In this document: one piece after another, positions 8,264 through 20,300 of the stretch | How the letters are laid out: each line of letters starts with the position of its first letter | How positions within the stretch are numbered: the first letter of the stretch is position 1 | Sequence record: OP045498.1 | Source of the DNA: Klebsiella phage 150049 | DNA: 64,000 nt | Direction: 5' to 3' (one strand) | The notes under the pieces: model-generated | The model's database searches: none | Seen by the model: only the letters and a program-made list of their open reading frames with translations | Told to the model about the DNA's origin: nothing | Position numbers and translations under genes: made by a program

Positions 8264-11200
8264 TCATAGTGATGTTAAAGATGTAATAGCTTGCTTAAGT
8301 TGTTCTAACTCTTGCTCCAGTTTATTCATCTTATTACCCATATAAACCATTGCACACGCCATATCTGTTAGAATAACATTACTATCAAGAGCAAGTGTGT
8401 CATCATTTCTGTCAGTTTCAATCTGGCGATCAATGTATTCCTCACCATTTTCATCAACCCCGATCACATCCTCAAATACTGGTGAACCTGGGACAAGTTT
8501 CACATATTGCGGATCGATTTTTAACAGGTCTTGAGCTATCAGGCCAAAACGCTGAATATCAGATCCATTGTATTTGAACATGGTTGGCAACCATTGCATT
8601 ACTCGATCATAACTTTCCTTTCCGTCTGTATAGTTAATATCGTGCTTCAAGTCACGATCAGATGTTGGGTTTTTTGCAAAGTCATAACCAACCCCCCACA
8701 TATCTCCGGGCGAGTTTGCCCATGTTGAGAAAGTACCATCTACGTTAAACTCAAATCCTCTATGTTTATCGTTATCACCTAGCAGCTTGAGTATTGTCCT
8801 GGACCATCCAGTGGCGCCCGGGGACAACATACCAATTGCGAAACGTATGTTATAACCATTCGGTGTGGACGTACCACCTGCAACCACTGGGCTAAATGAT
8901 CCATTATTATTCTTAGTAGAAACAGAATTGTAAGGTATTCCATTACCTGTACCCCATTCTTCTATTCCCCAACCATGAACATTGGTTTCAGTTCCTGCAT
9001 TAAATGCTCTGGCTTTAAGATTGCCTTGAGGATAGAAGTCATAAGCTTGACCATCAACATCGGGGCTAAATACACTTACTCGATAACATTTAAGTTTATC
9101 AGAACCACTTCTGACAACCCCTGCAAAGGCAGAATCGTTATACCACGCATAATGTATATAGTTTGCCCAATCATCTAAAGGAACATTAGCCCCAGCATAA
9201 AGTTGGAGATTATTGCGTTCACCCCCTTCCATAGTGAGACCGTAGTTAGCACCAAGTCTTATTTTCTGAGTACCAAACTCCCCATTTTCATCAAACTGGT
9301 AAAAACTAGTATTTCCATTTTCCCTTGTTGTTCTAATTGTTGTCTTTGCAATGCTACCCTGCAGCTCATTATAAATAGAGGAATACGAAATTAAGTTTCT
9401 AGAAGCATCGTGGTTCCTCATATAAAACAGCCCAGAATTGAATCCATTATATAGGCTAGCGGCAACCTGAGCAAAGGTAGGTGTATTAACTTCGCCTAAT
9501 TCTATGTTAGCCCTTGCACCTGCTGCATTCGTCGCCCCTGTACCACCATTATTAATAGCTAGAATTCCTTGGGTATCATTATTTAAATCAGGCTTATTTG
9601 CAGAACCGTATAGAATATTAGTATGGATAGTAGGATTTTCACTATCTAATTGATTATCATTTATAGTCCCGACAAAAACAATACCACTAGAGTATTGGGG
9701 GCAAATAAATGAGTGAGTATCCGCAGTTTTAGAATAAAATCCTGCAGAATACGCCGGTAGTCCACCTATTCCTGTGTCATTTCTATAGTAGCCAGAACCA
9801 AAAGCTCTCATAGCTTTAAAAAGAGATACTAAATCAGGCTCATTAAGGATTAAACCAGCACCACCAAGACCAAAAGCACCTCTTAGTAAGACTTCTCCAT
9901 CAGTACCGTTCCAAACGTTTTTGGTTACTACGTTACCTAGTGCTAGATTTCCGTTCTCATCTGGACGAATAGTTCCATTGACCATTGCCACGTAAGGAAG
10001 CTTAATAGCTCCAGTATCATCAGCAGGACCAATTCCATTCACAGTAGTGATATAAGGAATTTGCTCTTTAATTGCGCCAGCATCTTCCTCTCCCTTAGTT
10101 GGAGCGCGGAATGCTTGCCCTTGCATCATATCTGGTAAACGGAAGGTTGTGGAGCCATCACCAGTTGAGAAATAAAGAGTTGCACCGGTCTGCCATTCAG
10201 CTTCTGATACAGAAGGAATTAAGCCAGCCTCAATAGCTTCCCAAGTATCTGGGTAGTCTACACGAAGAACCTCACGGCCATCAGCAGGAAGAACACCAGG
10301 ATAGCCAACACCTGAATCTTTGTCATAAGGGAACCAAGTAACCTCACCCAACCATAGAGAAGGGTTACCACCAGGAAGAGTAATCTGTACGTTACCTGCA
10401 TCATCTGCACGAACGTTGTTGATAGAAACTAGCTTTTGCTCTATCTCTACTAACTCTAGTACTGGAGCCTCAACAGTCCCAGCTACTTTATACCACCCAT
10501 ATTTTGAATCAGTTTGATTCCATACTAGGATTTTCTCCCCTAGCACACGACTTCCAACATCAGCATCAGCTTCTGCTTTAGTCTTATAAACTTTGATGAA
10601 ATCAGATATATCTTCTTTATCCAGCTTGCTATCTACAATCTGAGCTGCGCGATCGGCTTCAGCCTTAGCACGATTTGCCTCAGTAGTAGCATCTACAGCC
10701 TTATCTCCTGCTTCTACAGCAGAACCAGCCGCATTAACTTCGGATTCCTTAGCATTTAATTCAGATTGTTTAGCAGCAGCAGCATGTTCTCCAGCAGTTG
10801 TAGCAGCAGCATCTGCACCTTCTTTAGCGGTCTCAGCCCCTGCTTTTGCAGTCTCTGCCGCTGTTTGAGCTTGTTGAGCCGCAGTTTTAGCTTGTTCAGC
10901 AAGTCTACGACTAGTCTCCGCATTTTGAGCAGCTAATTCAGCAGAATCCCTGAATCCTTTAGATTCTTCCGCAGATGTAGCGGATGCTTCAGCACTCTTT
11001 TGTGACAGACCAGCTTGTCTCTCAGCTTCCGCAGCAGATGCCGCAGATTGAGTTGCAGATGTTTCAGAAGAAGTAGCATAAATTGCAGCTAGGTTCTCCG
11101 AGTCCTTAGCATTTGTTTCAGATTCTTTTGCTGCAATTTCAGAATCTTTTGCTGCCGCAGCAGAAGCAGCGGATGCTTCTACAGCAGCAGTTAATTCACC

Positions 11201-11323
11201 AGCAGTAATAGAACTAATAGAATTACCTAAAACTACTGTATATTTAGGGTACTTACTAGCAGTAGTTGTAGTGTCATCTATGTTCAGAATCTGCTGTACA
11301 ATAATTTTAGTTTTAAGTGCCAT
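8264..11323 (-). CDS. ltfA: L-shaped tail fiber protein, proximal component (LtfA / pb1-like), 1019 aa, with C-terminal intramolecular chaperone domain
   Basis: N-terminal Ala/Glu/Ser-rich coiled-coil repeats as in T5 pb1. C-terminal S74-like chaperone (...DLKHDINYTDGKESYDRVMQWLPTMFKYNGSD...KMNKLEQELEQLKQAITSL). Lies immediately downstream of the collar gene as in T5. Confidence 0.8.
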   Translation of the reverse strand: MALKTKIIVQQILNIDDTTTTASKYPKYTVVLGNSISSITAGELTAAVEASAASAAAAKDSEIAAKESETNAKDSENLAAIYATSSETSATQSAASAAEAERQAGLSQKSAEASATSAEESKGFRDSAELAAQNAETSRRLAEQAKTAAQQAQTAAETAKAGAETAKEGADAAATTAGEHAAAAKQSELNAKESEVNAAGSAVEAGDKAVDATTEANRAKAEADRAAQIVDSKLDKEDISDFIKVYKTKAEADADVGSRVLGEKILVWNQTDSKYGWYKVAGTVEAPVLELVEIEQKLVSINNVRADDAGNVQITLPGGNPSLWLGEVTWFPYDKDSGVGYPGVLPADGREVLRVDYPDTWEAIEAGLIPSVSEAEWQTGATLYFSTGDGSTTFRLPDMMQGQAFRAPTKGEEDAGAIKEQIPYITTVNGIGPADDTGAIKLPYVAMVNGTIRPDENGNLALGNVVTKNVWNGTDGEVLLRGAFGLGGAGLILNEPDLVSLFKAMRAFGSGYYRNDTGIGGLPAYSAGFYSKTADTHSFICPQYSSGIVFVGTINDNQLDSENPTIHTNILYGSANKPDLNNDTQGILAINNGGTGATNAAGARANIELGEVNTPTFAQVAASLYNGFNSGLFYMRNHDASRNLISYSSIYNELQGSIAKTTIRTTRENGNTSFYQFDENGEFGTQKIRLGANYGLTMEGGERNNLQLYAGANVPLDDWANYIHYAWYNDSAFAGVVRSGSDKLKCYRVSVFSPDVDGQAYDFYPQGNLKARAFNAGTETNVHGWGIEEWGTGNGIPYNSVSTKNNNGSFSPVVAGGTSTPNGYNIRFAIGMLSPGATGWSRTILKLLGDNDKHRGFEFNVDGTFSTWANSPGDMWGVGYDFAKNPTSDRDLKHDINYTDGKESYDRVMQWLPTMFKYNGSDIQRFGLIAQDLLKIDPQYVKLVPGSPVFEDVIGVDENGEEYIDRQIETDRNDDTLALDSNVILTDMACAMVYMGNKMNKLEQELEQLKQAITSLTSL

Positions 11324-11745
11324 TATTGAGTTACTCCATCGCTGATGTATACTTTACCTTCCATAATACGGAAAGAACTGACTTCAGAGCCAATTACATC
11401 ACGAGTCATTAGGATATCATAATAACCAGCAAAACGTTGTCTTGGGTTATACTTATCACGTTCTTTAGATGCTTTTTCACCAATATTAGTAACGTCTGCA
11501 ACAGAAAGACTAATTGCAGCAGCACCTTGAGCAGCATCAATAACACGAGTTTTAAAGTTAGCTAGAACCTCGGCGCTCTCGTCTAAGCTAGACTTAATAG
11601 TTCCTCGGAGTGAATATCCGGTTAAATTAACAGGAACTTCTGTTGGAGGATATACACTATCATCAACATCCATAAATTGCATGATAAGACCATAAGGTAC
11701 TTTTTCATCAACAACAATATCAATAACTCGGTTTTCTGTACTCAT
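11323..11745 (-). CDS. Tail collar protein (T5 p132-like), 140 aa
   Basis: Size is the same as T5 p132 (140 aa). Lies between pb4 and ltf. Confidence 0.6.
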   Translation of the reverse strand: MSTENRVIDIVVDEKVPYGLIMQFMDVDDSVYPPTEVPVNLTGYSLRGTIKSSLDESAEVLANFKTRVIDAAQGAAAISLSVADVTNIGEKASKERDKYNPRQRFAGYYDILMTRDVIGSEVSSFRIMEGKVYISDGVTQ

Positions 11746-11750
11746 TATAA

Positions 11751-13808
11751 TTACCTTATATGGATATACCCACTATTTAGGTCTATCTTCATCTTGTAGT
11801 ATGCTTCAGGGTTCCCTGATAACGCAGCATTTCTATCGTAGATTATATTAACACCGATTTGTGATAAGAAGGCATTTCCTGCCACAATCTTATCCGCAGT
11901 AACAGTTCCATTAACAATCATATTGCCATGAAGAACCATTGCAGGGTTAATCCATCCAGCTCCGTTCCATTGACGGGTAAATGCTGTTTGTGGAGCATTA
12001 CTGTTAAATTGTGTTAGAACATCGTATTTAACCGGAGGTTTTCCAAAGTTATTTTGAAAGAATGCGTTAGCTTGTCCATCATCCCAACCGCCTAATCCAG
12101 GAATACCCATGGAGTACATCCCAGGACCACGCTGTCCATCATGTCCTATAGTACCTTCAGTACCACTCCATTGAACTACATCAGACCAGCTAGTACCTTC
12201 AAGAAGTTTGTTAGTAACTGGATCAAGTGTACCTGTAGTCGCATAGATATTTTGTGTCATATCTGTACGGTTAGGTGGAGTTTTTGACCAACCAGGAGGT
12301 GGATAATCTTGTTCTAACGGTTTGGCCGGTAAAGATGTTGCTAACTTATAAACAAATACTGTTTGCTTACCTTGTAAACCAGTTCCAATATCTACGTCAC
12401 CATTTGGTGTTCCAATTACTACACCACTAGAAATACGCAGAGTAGTACCATCATAACGTATCCATTGTGTAGCATTACCAATGTCTAACTTAGCTTTGGC
12501 AGAGGTATTATCCATACCCATCCAAATACCAGAGTTATTATCCCCCCAGGATTTACCTTGAGTGTAAATTGCTGGGTTATCTTTACCAGACAAGTTAGTC
12601 ATGATAAAGTTCGCAGCATTAATATCTCTAGTAATTACTTTACCATCAACGTTAACAACACGGTTTATAGGGTCAAAAGAAATAGGTGCTTTACCTTCTT
12701 CATCTAGCAGACCAATGTTAATAGCACCAGTAGCTGCATCAATTAGGAATGTTTGTCTCCAGATTTCCCCATCTTTCATGCTGCCTTTAATAAAGGCATA
12801 GTTAACATCAATACCCGTCTCATTGACAAAACTGTTATCTAGAGGAGTATCCTCATTCAGAATAAATGTTACAGGAGCTGATTCTGTTATATCTTGCTTA
12901 TTTGGTCCCCAGGCAATTGATGAAACCTTAAAGGTATGTTCAACTTTCCATGGGAATGATATAATCGTTGCAGCTCTAGCAGCCCCCACGTTTATCTTTT
13001 GAGCTTTAGCCCAGCCAGTCTTAGCGTATTCTTCGGAGTTTATATAAGTAACCAAGAACTCACGAACATTAGCACCAGCACCGCGTTCCCAATCCCACTC
13101 AATTCTAACATCATATCGTTCTTTACCATCAGCAATTCGTGCAGCTTTAAAAACAATATCGATAGGTGCAGTAGGAGGAACAAAATTATAAGCTACAGTT
13201 AGAATACTAGGGAACTCATAGTAACCAGAAGAATCAACTGTAACACCATCAGGCATAGTTACTTGACCAGATATTCTGATCTTATAATCTCCGATAGGAA
13301 CTCCACCAAATTTAATAGTAGAACCTAAAGCCCCAATGTAATACTTAGTCCAAGGACTATCTTCCGTGGCTGTACTTTTTAACTCAATAGTACAGTAACT
13401 TGCTTCACCAGTAGTTTCCACAACAACTATCGGTGCGCCCACCCCAACATCCACTGGTTCTGACTCAGATCTTGCTGCAACAATTATTGGCTTCTCTTTT
13501 GTTTTAAAGTTAGTTTCATTAGAGAGGTTAATACCAATTTTTGCATTTAAAAGTTCTGAGTCAATAATTGAGTCATAAAAAGCTCCCTGAACCTGATAGG
13601 TAGTTGAGGGAGTTAAGTTATTGATCATAACAAAGAAAGTGTCGATTCCAGTGAAATCTCTTCTATCCACTTCTTCGCCAAGTTTAAGCCAGAATGATCT
13701 ACCGATAACATCGTAGTCGGTATAGATAGAATGCTGGATATACGCCATAGTATATCCAGTCATAATACTATTTAAGACCATCTTGGCTGGTGCATTATTC
13801 GAAATCAT
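11751..13808 (-). CDS. Baseplate tube / central straight fiber protein (T5 pb4-like), 685 aa
   Basis: Size (T5 pb4 is about 688 aa) and position downstream of pb3. Confidence 0.65.
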   Translation of the reverse strand: MISNNAPAKMVLNSIMTGYTMAYIQHSIYTDYDVIGRSFWLKLGEEVDRRDFTGIDTFFVMINNLTPSTTYQVQGAFYDSIIDSELLNAKIGINLSNETNFKTKEKPIIVAARSESEPVDVGVGAPIVVVETTGEASYCTIELKSTATEDSPWTKYYIGALGSTIKFGGVPIGDYKIRISGQVTMPDGVTVDSSGYYEFPSILTVAYNFVPPTAPIDIVFKAARIADGKERYDVRIEWDWERGAGANVREFLVTYINSEEYAKTGWAKAQKINVGAARAATIISFPWKVEHTFKVSSIAWGPNKQDITESAPVTFILNEDTPLDNSFVNETGIDVNYAFIKGSMKDGEIWRQTFLIDAATGAINIGLLDEEGKAPISFDPINRVVNVDGKVITRDINAANFIMTNLSGKDNPAIYTQGKSWGDNNSGIWMGMDNTSAKAKLDIGNATQWIRYDGTTLRISSGVVIGTPNGDVDIGTGLQGKQTVFVYKLATSLPAKPLEQDYPPPGWSKTPPNRTDMTQNIYATTGTLDPVTNKLLEGTSWSDVVQWSGTEGTIGHDGQRGPGMYSMGIPGLGGWDDGQANAFFQNNFGKPPVKYDVLTQFNSNAPQTAFTRQWNGAGWINPAMVLHGNMIVNGTVTADKIVAGNAFLSQIGVNIIYDRNAALSGNPEAYYKMKIDLNSGYIHIR

Positions 13809-16658
13809 TTAAATAGATGCCCAATCCACAGATTGCTCGCCATTATCACCTTCTGCTCTTATACGGAAGCGTAACTTCCTATTAATACCTAGAGCATCCT
13901 CGTTATGAAGAGCATAGTCTGCCTTATTGTATATCAGTAGATAATCGTAGACATACTGATCTTCAATTCGTACACTTCTTAATAAACGATCTAGGTTATC
14001 GTAGATTTCGAGAGTGTAGAAGATTCCATCAATGATATCTTCTTCTGGAATTCTATCCCAGGCCAACTTAACGTCTGGTCCTACAAACTCCGATGCATCT
14101 CCTGAAGCTGTGTTAGTAACCCTGAAATTACTAACGACGCTTAAGTTTTTAGCAGAGTTAAGTTCTACCGATAATGTTACAGGAGAACTTCGTCTACCAT
14201 TAATATCTACAGCTCTAATCTCAAAGACTGCTAAACCAGCAGGTTCTCCAATAATTTCTTGGATCATTCGTAGATTTGGATTAGTTTCTAGTTGCTGTAC
14301 TATATAAGGATCAGCATGCCCAGAGTGAACGATGGAGTAATAAACAACGTTATTAGTTAAGCTAGGAAGCCAAGATAGCTCACCATTCTTACCAATAGAT
14401 CCTACTTGTCCACCCGGTGTTGGTGTATACATAAAGTCTCTAGGAGGCAGTACGTTATTACTAACATCAGGGATATCGTTACCACTATTATCAACCTGCT
14501 CGGAGTTAATGAATACATCCTCACCGTACTCTTGCAGTGTAATATTAATCTTACCTTCTCTAGAGTTTTCAACTTCATCAACTAGGAAGTATTTCTTGTC
14601 CCAACCATAACGACCGTATGTAAAAGCAATCGGATCGTTAGGCTCAATGCCTATGAAATGATATGGTAATGAGAATGTGAGAGTTCGTGAGTAACGAGAC
14701 TTTTTCAGTTCTCTATCTGCAAAGCTACGCGCAGTATAGTAGTTAGTGATGTTTGCAAAAGAAAGCTGAAGTTTTTTATCTAACCCTTTATCTTGCTCCT
14801 TAAATATAGAGTTAAAGAATGTAATGGAGTTAGTTTTCCAGCTTAATGCGGGATCTAGTATAGAGGCCTGTACTGAGTTAAACTTATTTCTACCAGTAGT
14901 ATCTGATAGCTCCAGATCACCATAGGTATCTAAGAAGTCAATCTCCAGTGGAGTATTCGAGAACTTCTCAACAGTTATTCTATACTGACCAGATAAGTTG
15001 TTGATAGCACCTCCATAAGACTCTATTAATCCCTGCACGTTTTTAAATACTGACTCAGAGGTATCGAGAATAGTATTCATTTGAACTATTTGTCTATTCT
15101 CTCCTACAGCATCAGTCCATCCAACGTATCTCCAGTAGGGTTGCCAAGAAACCTGATAGGATTCATCAATGATATCCAGGATAGCTGCTTCTTGAATAAG
15201 TTGCTGGAGAGGGAACTGATCAATAGTGATATTAGCACCGTAGCGGTCAGAGGTTAGGTAGTCCAGAGTTTGCCAGATACCATTTAAGCTAGTCTTATCA
15301 GCAGTTACTCTACCATCTGAATGATAGATCTTAATCTTCTTACCTTGAACTTCAGCGCTAACTTCTGGAATTTCTGTTCTGTTTTCATTAATAGTAAAGC
15401 GAACAATAGCATAAGCAGTATCTAACAGTTTATAACGAGAGTCCCAGTATTCCGGTCCATTCTCATTCATGTTCTGTAGATAGAAACCTTTCTCTTTTGC
15501 AATGTTAACTAGAACATCAGCAGCAGATTGATCAGCCTTACCATGATAAGTCCAGATACGGATATCGCCATTACCATCATTATACTTATATTCCTGTCCA
15601 TGAACAGAAGGTTCAGAGCTTGGTTGACCAGAAGCAATACGTTGCATGGTATCACCAGCTACTTTCTTAGTACCAAAGCAAGTACGAGACTTACTATCAT
15701 TAGGATCAATACAGATCATTGGTACATCACCAAAGTAAAAATCTAGGAACCCATCAATCTCACCCTCACAGAAAGCGTATACTACATATACGATATTAGG
15801 ATTATGCAGTTCAGTATCTGCAAATACTGGGATTCCAGGAATTTTCTGAACTCCATATACTACTGGCAGGAATTTAGCAGCTAAGTTAAAATCAAGATCT
15901 ACTTCCTTAGTTACAGTCTCATAATATTTCTTTAGACTATAGCTTCTAGAAAGACCAAATAATTTTTTCTTAGATTGTAACTTATAACGTTCTTCCTGAA
16001 CCTGATACTTAGCAAGAATAGAGATACTCTTGTTAGCGTGGAAGAACCCGTAGTCTTCTTGATATTCAGGTCGCTTAGCACCATTAGACGGAACTAATTG
16101 GCCGGCAACAATCTCAAGCCCTCTATGGTCAGCATCATCTGTGAAACGTCCATTTACTCTATCAAAGTCATAGAATTGGTTTGAACAGTTCCATGTAATA
16201 ACGGATGTACTAACTCCAGAAGTACCAATGTTATCCTTAATACCACCACCAGTAATTTTACCACGGAAGTAAAGTAAAGGACCATTAGTGTCTGGATCTA
16301 CAGGAAGAATGTTACCCTCTTCATCAATAACCGCTTGATGGATTGAAATAGATCTATCTAGGAAGGATACACCATTTTGGACTAGTTTTAATACTTCATC
16401 CTCAGCAGTACCTGTGATAGTAAAAGAAAGGCTACCAATGGAAAGTTTTCTATTTTGTTTATGTGTTGTTATAGACTTAACTTTACCGGATGTGTAAAGA
16501 ATACCATTATAAATTACATCCCTAAAATAGTCTGTAAGATAAATGTACGCAGAACTTGATCCGGTAGAGCTTGGCAATTCAAGAGTAATAAGGCATGCAG
16601 TTTTTATTTTATTATTGGTTCTTAGATACTCTCTTGCACTGTCAAGAATTTTCTTCAT
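13809..16658 (-). CDS. Baseplate hub protein (T5 pb3-like, Tal family), 949 aa
   Basis: Exact size match to T5 pb3 (949 aa). Lies between pb9 and pb4. Stop-start abutment with the pb4 gene. Confidence 0.75.
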   Translation of the reverse strand: MKKILDSAREYLRTNNKIKTACLITLELPSSTGSSSAYIYLTDYFRDVIYNGILYTSGKVKSITTHKQNRKLSIGSLSFTITGTAEDEVLKLVQNGVSFLDRSISIHQAVIDEEGNILPVDPDTNGPLLYFRGKITGGGIKDNIGTSGVSTSVITWNCSNQFYDFDRVNGRFTDDADHRGLEIVAGQLVPSNGAKRPEYQEDYGFFHANKSISILAKYQVQEERYKLQSKKKLFGLSRSYSLKKYYETVTKEVDLDFNLAAKFLPVVYGVQKIPGIPVFADTELHNPNIVYVVYAFCEGEIDGFLDFYFGDVPMICIDPNDSKSRTCFGTKKVAGDTMQRIASGQPSSEPSVHGQEYKYNDGNGDIRIWTYHGKADQSAADVLVNIAKEKGFYLQNMNENGPEYWDSRYKLLDTAYAIVRFTINENRTEIPEVSAEVQGKKIKIYHSDGRVTADKTSLNGIWQTLDYLTSDRYGANITIDQFPLQQLIQEAAILDIIDESYQVSWQPYWRYVGWTDAVGENRQIVQMNTILDTSESVFKNVQGLIESYGGAINNLSGQYRITVEKFSNTPLEIDFLDTYGDLELSDTTGRNKFNSVQASILDPALSWKTNSITFFNSIFKEQDKGLDKKLQLSFANITNYYTARSFADRELKKSRYSRTLTFSLPYHFIGIEPNDPIAFTYGRYGWDKKYFLVDEVENSREGKINITLQEYGEDVFINSEQVDNSGNDIPDVSNNVLPPRDFMYTPTPGGQVGSIGKNGELSWLPSLTNNVVYYSIVHSGHADPYIVQQLETNPNLRMIQEIIGEPAGLAVFEIRAVDINGRRSSPVTLSVELNSAKNLSVVSNFRVTNTASGDASEFVGPDVKLAWDRIPEEDIIDGIFYTLEIYDNLDRLLRSVRIEDQYVYDYLLIYNKADYALHNEDALGINRKLRFRIRAEGDNGEQSVDWASI

Positions 16659-17269
16659 AGACTTTCCCTCAAGGAAAGTGAAATACCAGTATATGTACCA
16701 TTACTATTTAACGTAGAGCCAAAACTGTCTCCGTTCATTAATTTAGTTCTAAACAGAATACCATTAAATACCGGTTTCTCACTACCCGTAGTAGTAATGA
16801 ATAGATCAGGATAAACACTTATATTCCAAGTATTTCCTGCTGTGTTGATAGAAGTGATTTTGTACACTTTTGGATGGTTGGACAATTTAAATAAATCGCC
16901 TGGTTTAGGCAGTCCACGAAGTGTACCTTTAGTGTCCATAATAACTGTTGAACCTTTTTGTCCAGCAGGAATATTTACAGCACTAGTATCACCACGAACT
17001 CGGAAAGCTTCATATTGTGGTAATAACACATCAATATAGCTACCTGTTCTTTTATAATCTAGAATGAATGAGTCTAATTTAGCAAATTCATCTGGGAATA
17101 ATTCTGGATAAGAGATATTAATACCCCAATATTGAGCAGACACCTTAACCTCCCTAACTTTACCATTAGGTAATTCATCACGAATCATAGGGTCATTGTC
17201 TACTAAGTTAACGCTTTCAAAACCTAACCCTGATAGCTCTGGGTTCGTGTATGGGTCTGGTAGTCTCAT
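16655..17269 (-). CDS. Distal tail protein (T5 pb9-like), 204 aa
   Basis: Size match to T5 pb9 (204 aa). Directly follows the tape measure gene. Overlaps the pb3 start by 4 nt. Confidence 0.7.
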   Translation of the reverse strand: MRLPDPYTNPELSGLGFESVNLVDNDPMIRDELPNGKVREVKVSAQYWGINISYPELFPDEFAKLDSFILDYKRTGSYIDVLLPQYEAFRVRGDTSAVNIPAGQKGSTVIMDTKGTLRGLPKPGDLFKLSNHPKVYKITSINTAGNTWNISVYPDLFITTTGSEKPVFNGILFRTKLMNGDSFGSTLNSNGTYTGISLSLRESL

Positions 17270-17377
17270 AGTTAATTTCTCCTCTTAATAACAATATTAT
17301 AATAGGATTGGAAAATTTTATCAAGAAATTTTTATTTTTCCATAAAGAAAAGGAGGACATAAAGTCCTCCTCCAGTA

Positions 17378-20300
17378 TTAAGAATTACCAAGTGATTTCA
17401 GGGTGGTTCCATTCTCATTAAGAGCCTGTTCCACGGCATCCCTGAAAGCAGCACTGTTGCTCGAAGCAAAGTCTCGGAAGCTAGCCGCATCCATCGTACT
17501 GATGTTCAGCACAATAGGTCTACCCGATGTACCCTTTGAAGATCCTTTGAGTTCATCAGTAGGAGTAGCCTTCATCGGAACCATAGGAGTGATTACTTCG
17601 GTACCATGCTCACCCATCTGGTAACTAACTCCAGGGTACATAGTACCACCTTCTGCACGAGGTACGAAAGAGTTAGCATTACCGATCCCTTGATCACCTC
17701 GAATATAAGAAAGTTCACCTGCGTTAGCCGACATAGAAACGTCTACGTTCTTCTGGCGCTCTCCAAGAGTTAAGTAACCAGCCGTCTCAGCACCAGAGTC
17801 CCCAATAGAAGACATACCAGATGCAGAGGATGCTTGAGCAAGAGCCATAGCACCTGCTAAACCAGCCGCAACCATCAGAGGAATAGAGAATGGGTACGGA
17901 ACAGCTGTTGCTGCTTGCATCACCGCTACTGCCGTCTGGATAATGATTTGCTTCTTAGCTGCATCTTGCTGGATCTTGAGCTTTTCAGCCTCTAACTTCT
18001 TGATCTTAGCTTTGGATTGCTCAGATTTACCGTCACGTTTCTGTTCTGCTGCAATAGCTGCATCAATAGCACTTACCTGTTGACCAACACTATACTGAAT
18101 CATTGAAGATACAGTTTGCATACCCGCCGCTACTAGAGAAGTGGTATCCAGAGATCCTTGAGAGAACTGGATCATAGCGTTAGTTAGGTTACCCATGCTT
18201 TGTGCTACAGCAGTTGCTTCGGAGTTCAGCTCAGACAGCTTAGAAATAGCCTGGTCGTAGGATGCCATTCTATTCTGCATATCTGCGAAGTTTTTATCTT
18301 CTCCAGTTAATCCAGTAGTAGGAGTATACGTAGCCCCTACAGCCGCACCTACAGAAGACTGCATTTCTGCATCGCGCTGTACTCTTAAAGCCGCGAGCTG
18401 GGCTCTAGTTTCGGCCAGTTTTTTGTTATACTCTAGCTGAGCAGCAGCATTCCCTAAAGTTTTTTGCTTAAGGTCTTCAAATAGCTGGATTTGCTCCTTG
18501 ATACGTTCCGCAGCTCCCATTAAAGGATTTGCGGTAAACTTCCTTTGTTGCTCCTCCTCCCTGCCAGCAGCCATTTCCCTTTGCTGATCCTGACGGAATT
18601 TCCAGATTTCACGTTCAATTTGTGCCTGAGCACGTCTTGATTGTTCAGCTTCCTTATGCTTATCAACCTGTTTGGAGTACCATTCATACTTTTCTTTCTC
18701 GACAGTCAGTTCAAGGTTCAACTGAGCTAAACGATATTGAGTATCTGTCATAGTACGGTTATTCAGGAGAGCAATTTCACGATCAACACCAAGAATCTTA
18801 TCGGTATAGTCCTTAACCTTCTTCTGAGCTTCCATACCCTGGTTAGTAATCTTGATACGTTCTAACTGAATCTTAGCTATTTCACCTTCGATTGCTTTGT
18901 TACCTTTGTTAGTTTCTAGGACACGCTTAAGAGCTGCTTCCTGTTCTTCTAACTGTTGGATTTCCAGACGTCTACCAGCTTCCTGTGCTTTCTCTTTGTC
19001 CTTAGTCTGGTTGTATACTTCTGCAATCTTCTGCTGAACTTCTAACTGATTCTTAGTCTCATTACCAGTTAATTTTACGTAACCAGCAAGAGCTTGTGAA
19101 GCAGTCTTCATCTCACTAAGAGTATTATACCCTAAGTTCAGGCTCTTAACATACTCATCAGCATTTTTACCAGTACCCGCAGAAAGAGACTCAATAGTCT
19201 TAATCGTATCTGATAGGGATGCACTAGTTTTAGCCGCAGTATTAGTATTCTGAGCGATGTTCTGGATATCGTTAGCTAAGTCACTGGCAATTTTCTTAGC
19301 TTGGTCATACGCTTTCTGCTGTTCTGTCAATCCTTTCAGAGTTGCAGAGTTAAAGTCATAAACCGCATCCGGGTCATTTGCATCTTTCTGTAGGTTAATT
19401 TGCTTCTGGAATGCTGTATTAGATTTGGCTGCGGCAGCACCAGCAGCTTGGTATGCCGATTTCCATGCATTAAGATTGCCAGTTGAATCCTCTACTTCCT
19501 TATCAAGACGCTCTACCTGGAGAGCTAATGCAGCAGTATCTGCAATGAATTTCTGGTTTTCTTCAGAAGATCCTATGCGAACTCCTCCTACTTCAAAACC
19601 TCCTGCAGCTAACCCTACCGGTGCACCTTGAGCAACTAAACGAATAGCCCCTGCTGTAGATGCATCTGCTTGCTGCATACGCTTATCTAGATCAGCTTTT
19701 AACTTATTACGCTTTTCTAGAGATTCTTTGTACATATCAAGAGCTTTATTATATCCTTCCTCAGAAGCGGAAAGACTTAAAGCTACAGCACCAACGTTAG
19801 CTGGGTCAATCTGGCGGTTAGTTTCTTCCTGTGCTCTAGCAGCAGAGGCCGAGATAGATGCTTGAGAAGTATAGAACACTGCGTTGATAGAATCAATTAC
19901 TGGCCCTAAATACTTAGCAGCAGCCTGTTGAACCTTTCTCAGTGCAGCATCAGCATTAGCAGCAAACTGTTCCCAGGGGGTTGCACGAAGTACATCATCA
20001 AGATAGCCGAAACGTTTAGTAGATTCAGCGATAACTGCGTTAGCATATGCTTGTTGCTTCTGGAAAGTAGAGAGACTATTAACGTTATATGTAATACCTG
20101 TGTTAGCAGCATTTAACTGTTTAACGTAGTCTGCGTAAGCATCGTTAAGACGAATAGTAACACCAAGTTCGTCCAGAAGTTCGATTTCTTGTTTAGATAC
20201 GCCCTTGATTACACGGTTAAGTGCATCAGTCATATCAACACCAAGAACAGCAGCAGCACGACGAGCTACTAGACCAAATTTATTAAGTTGTTCAGCATCG

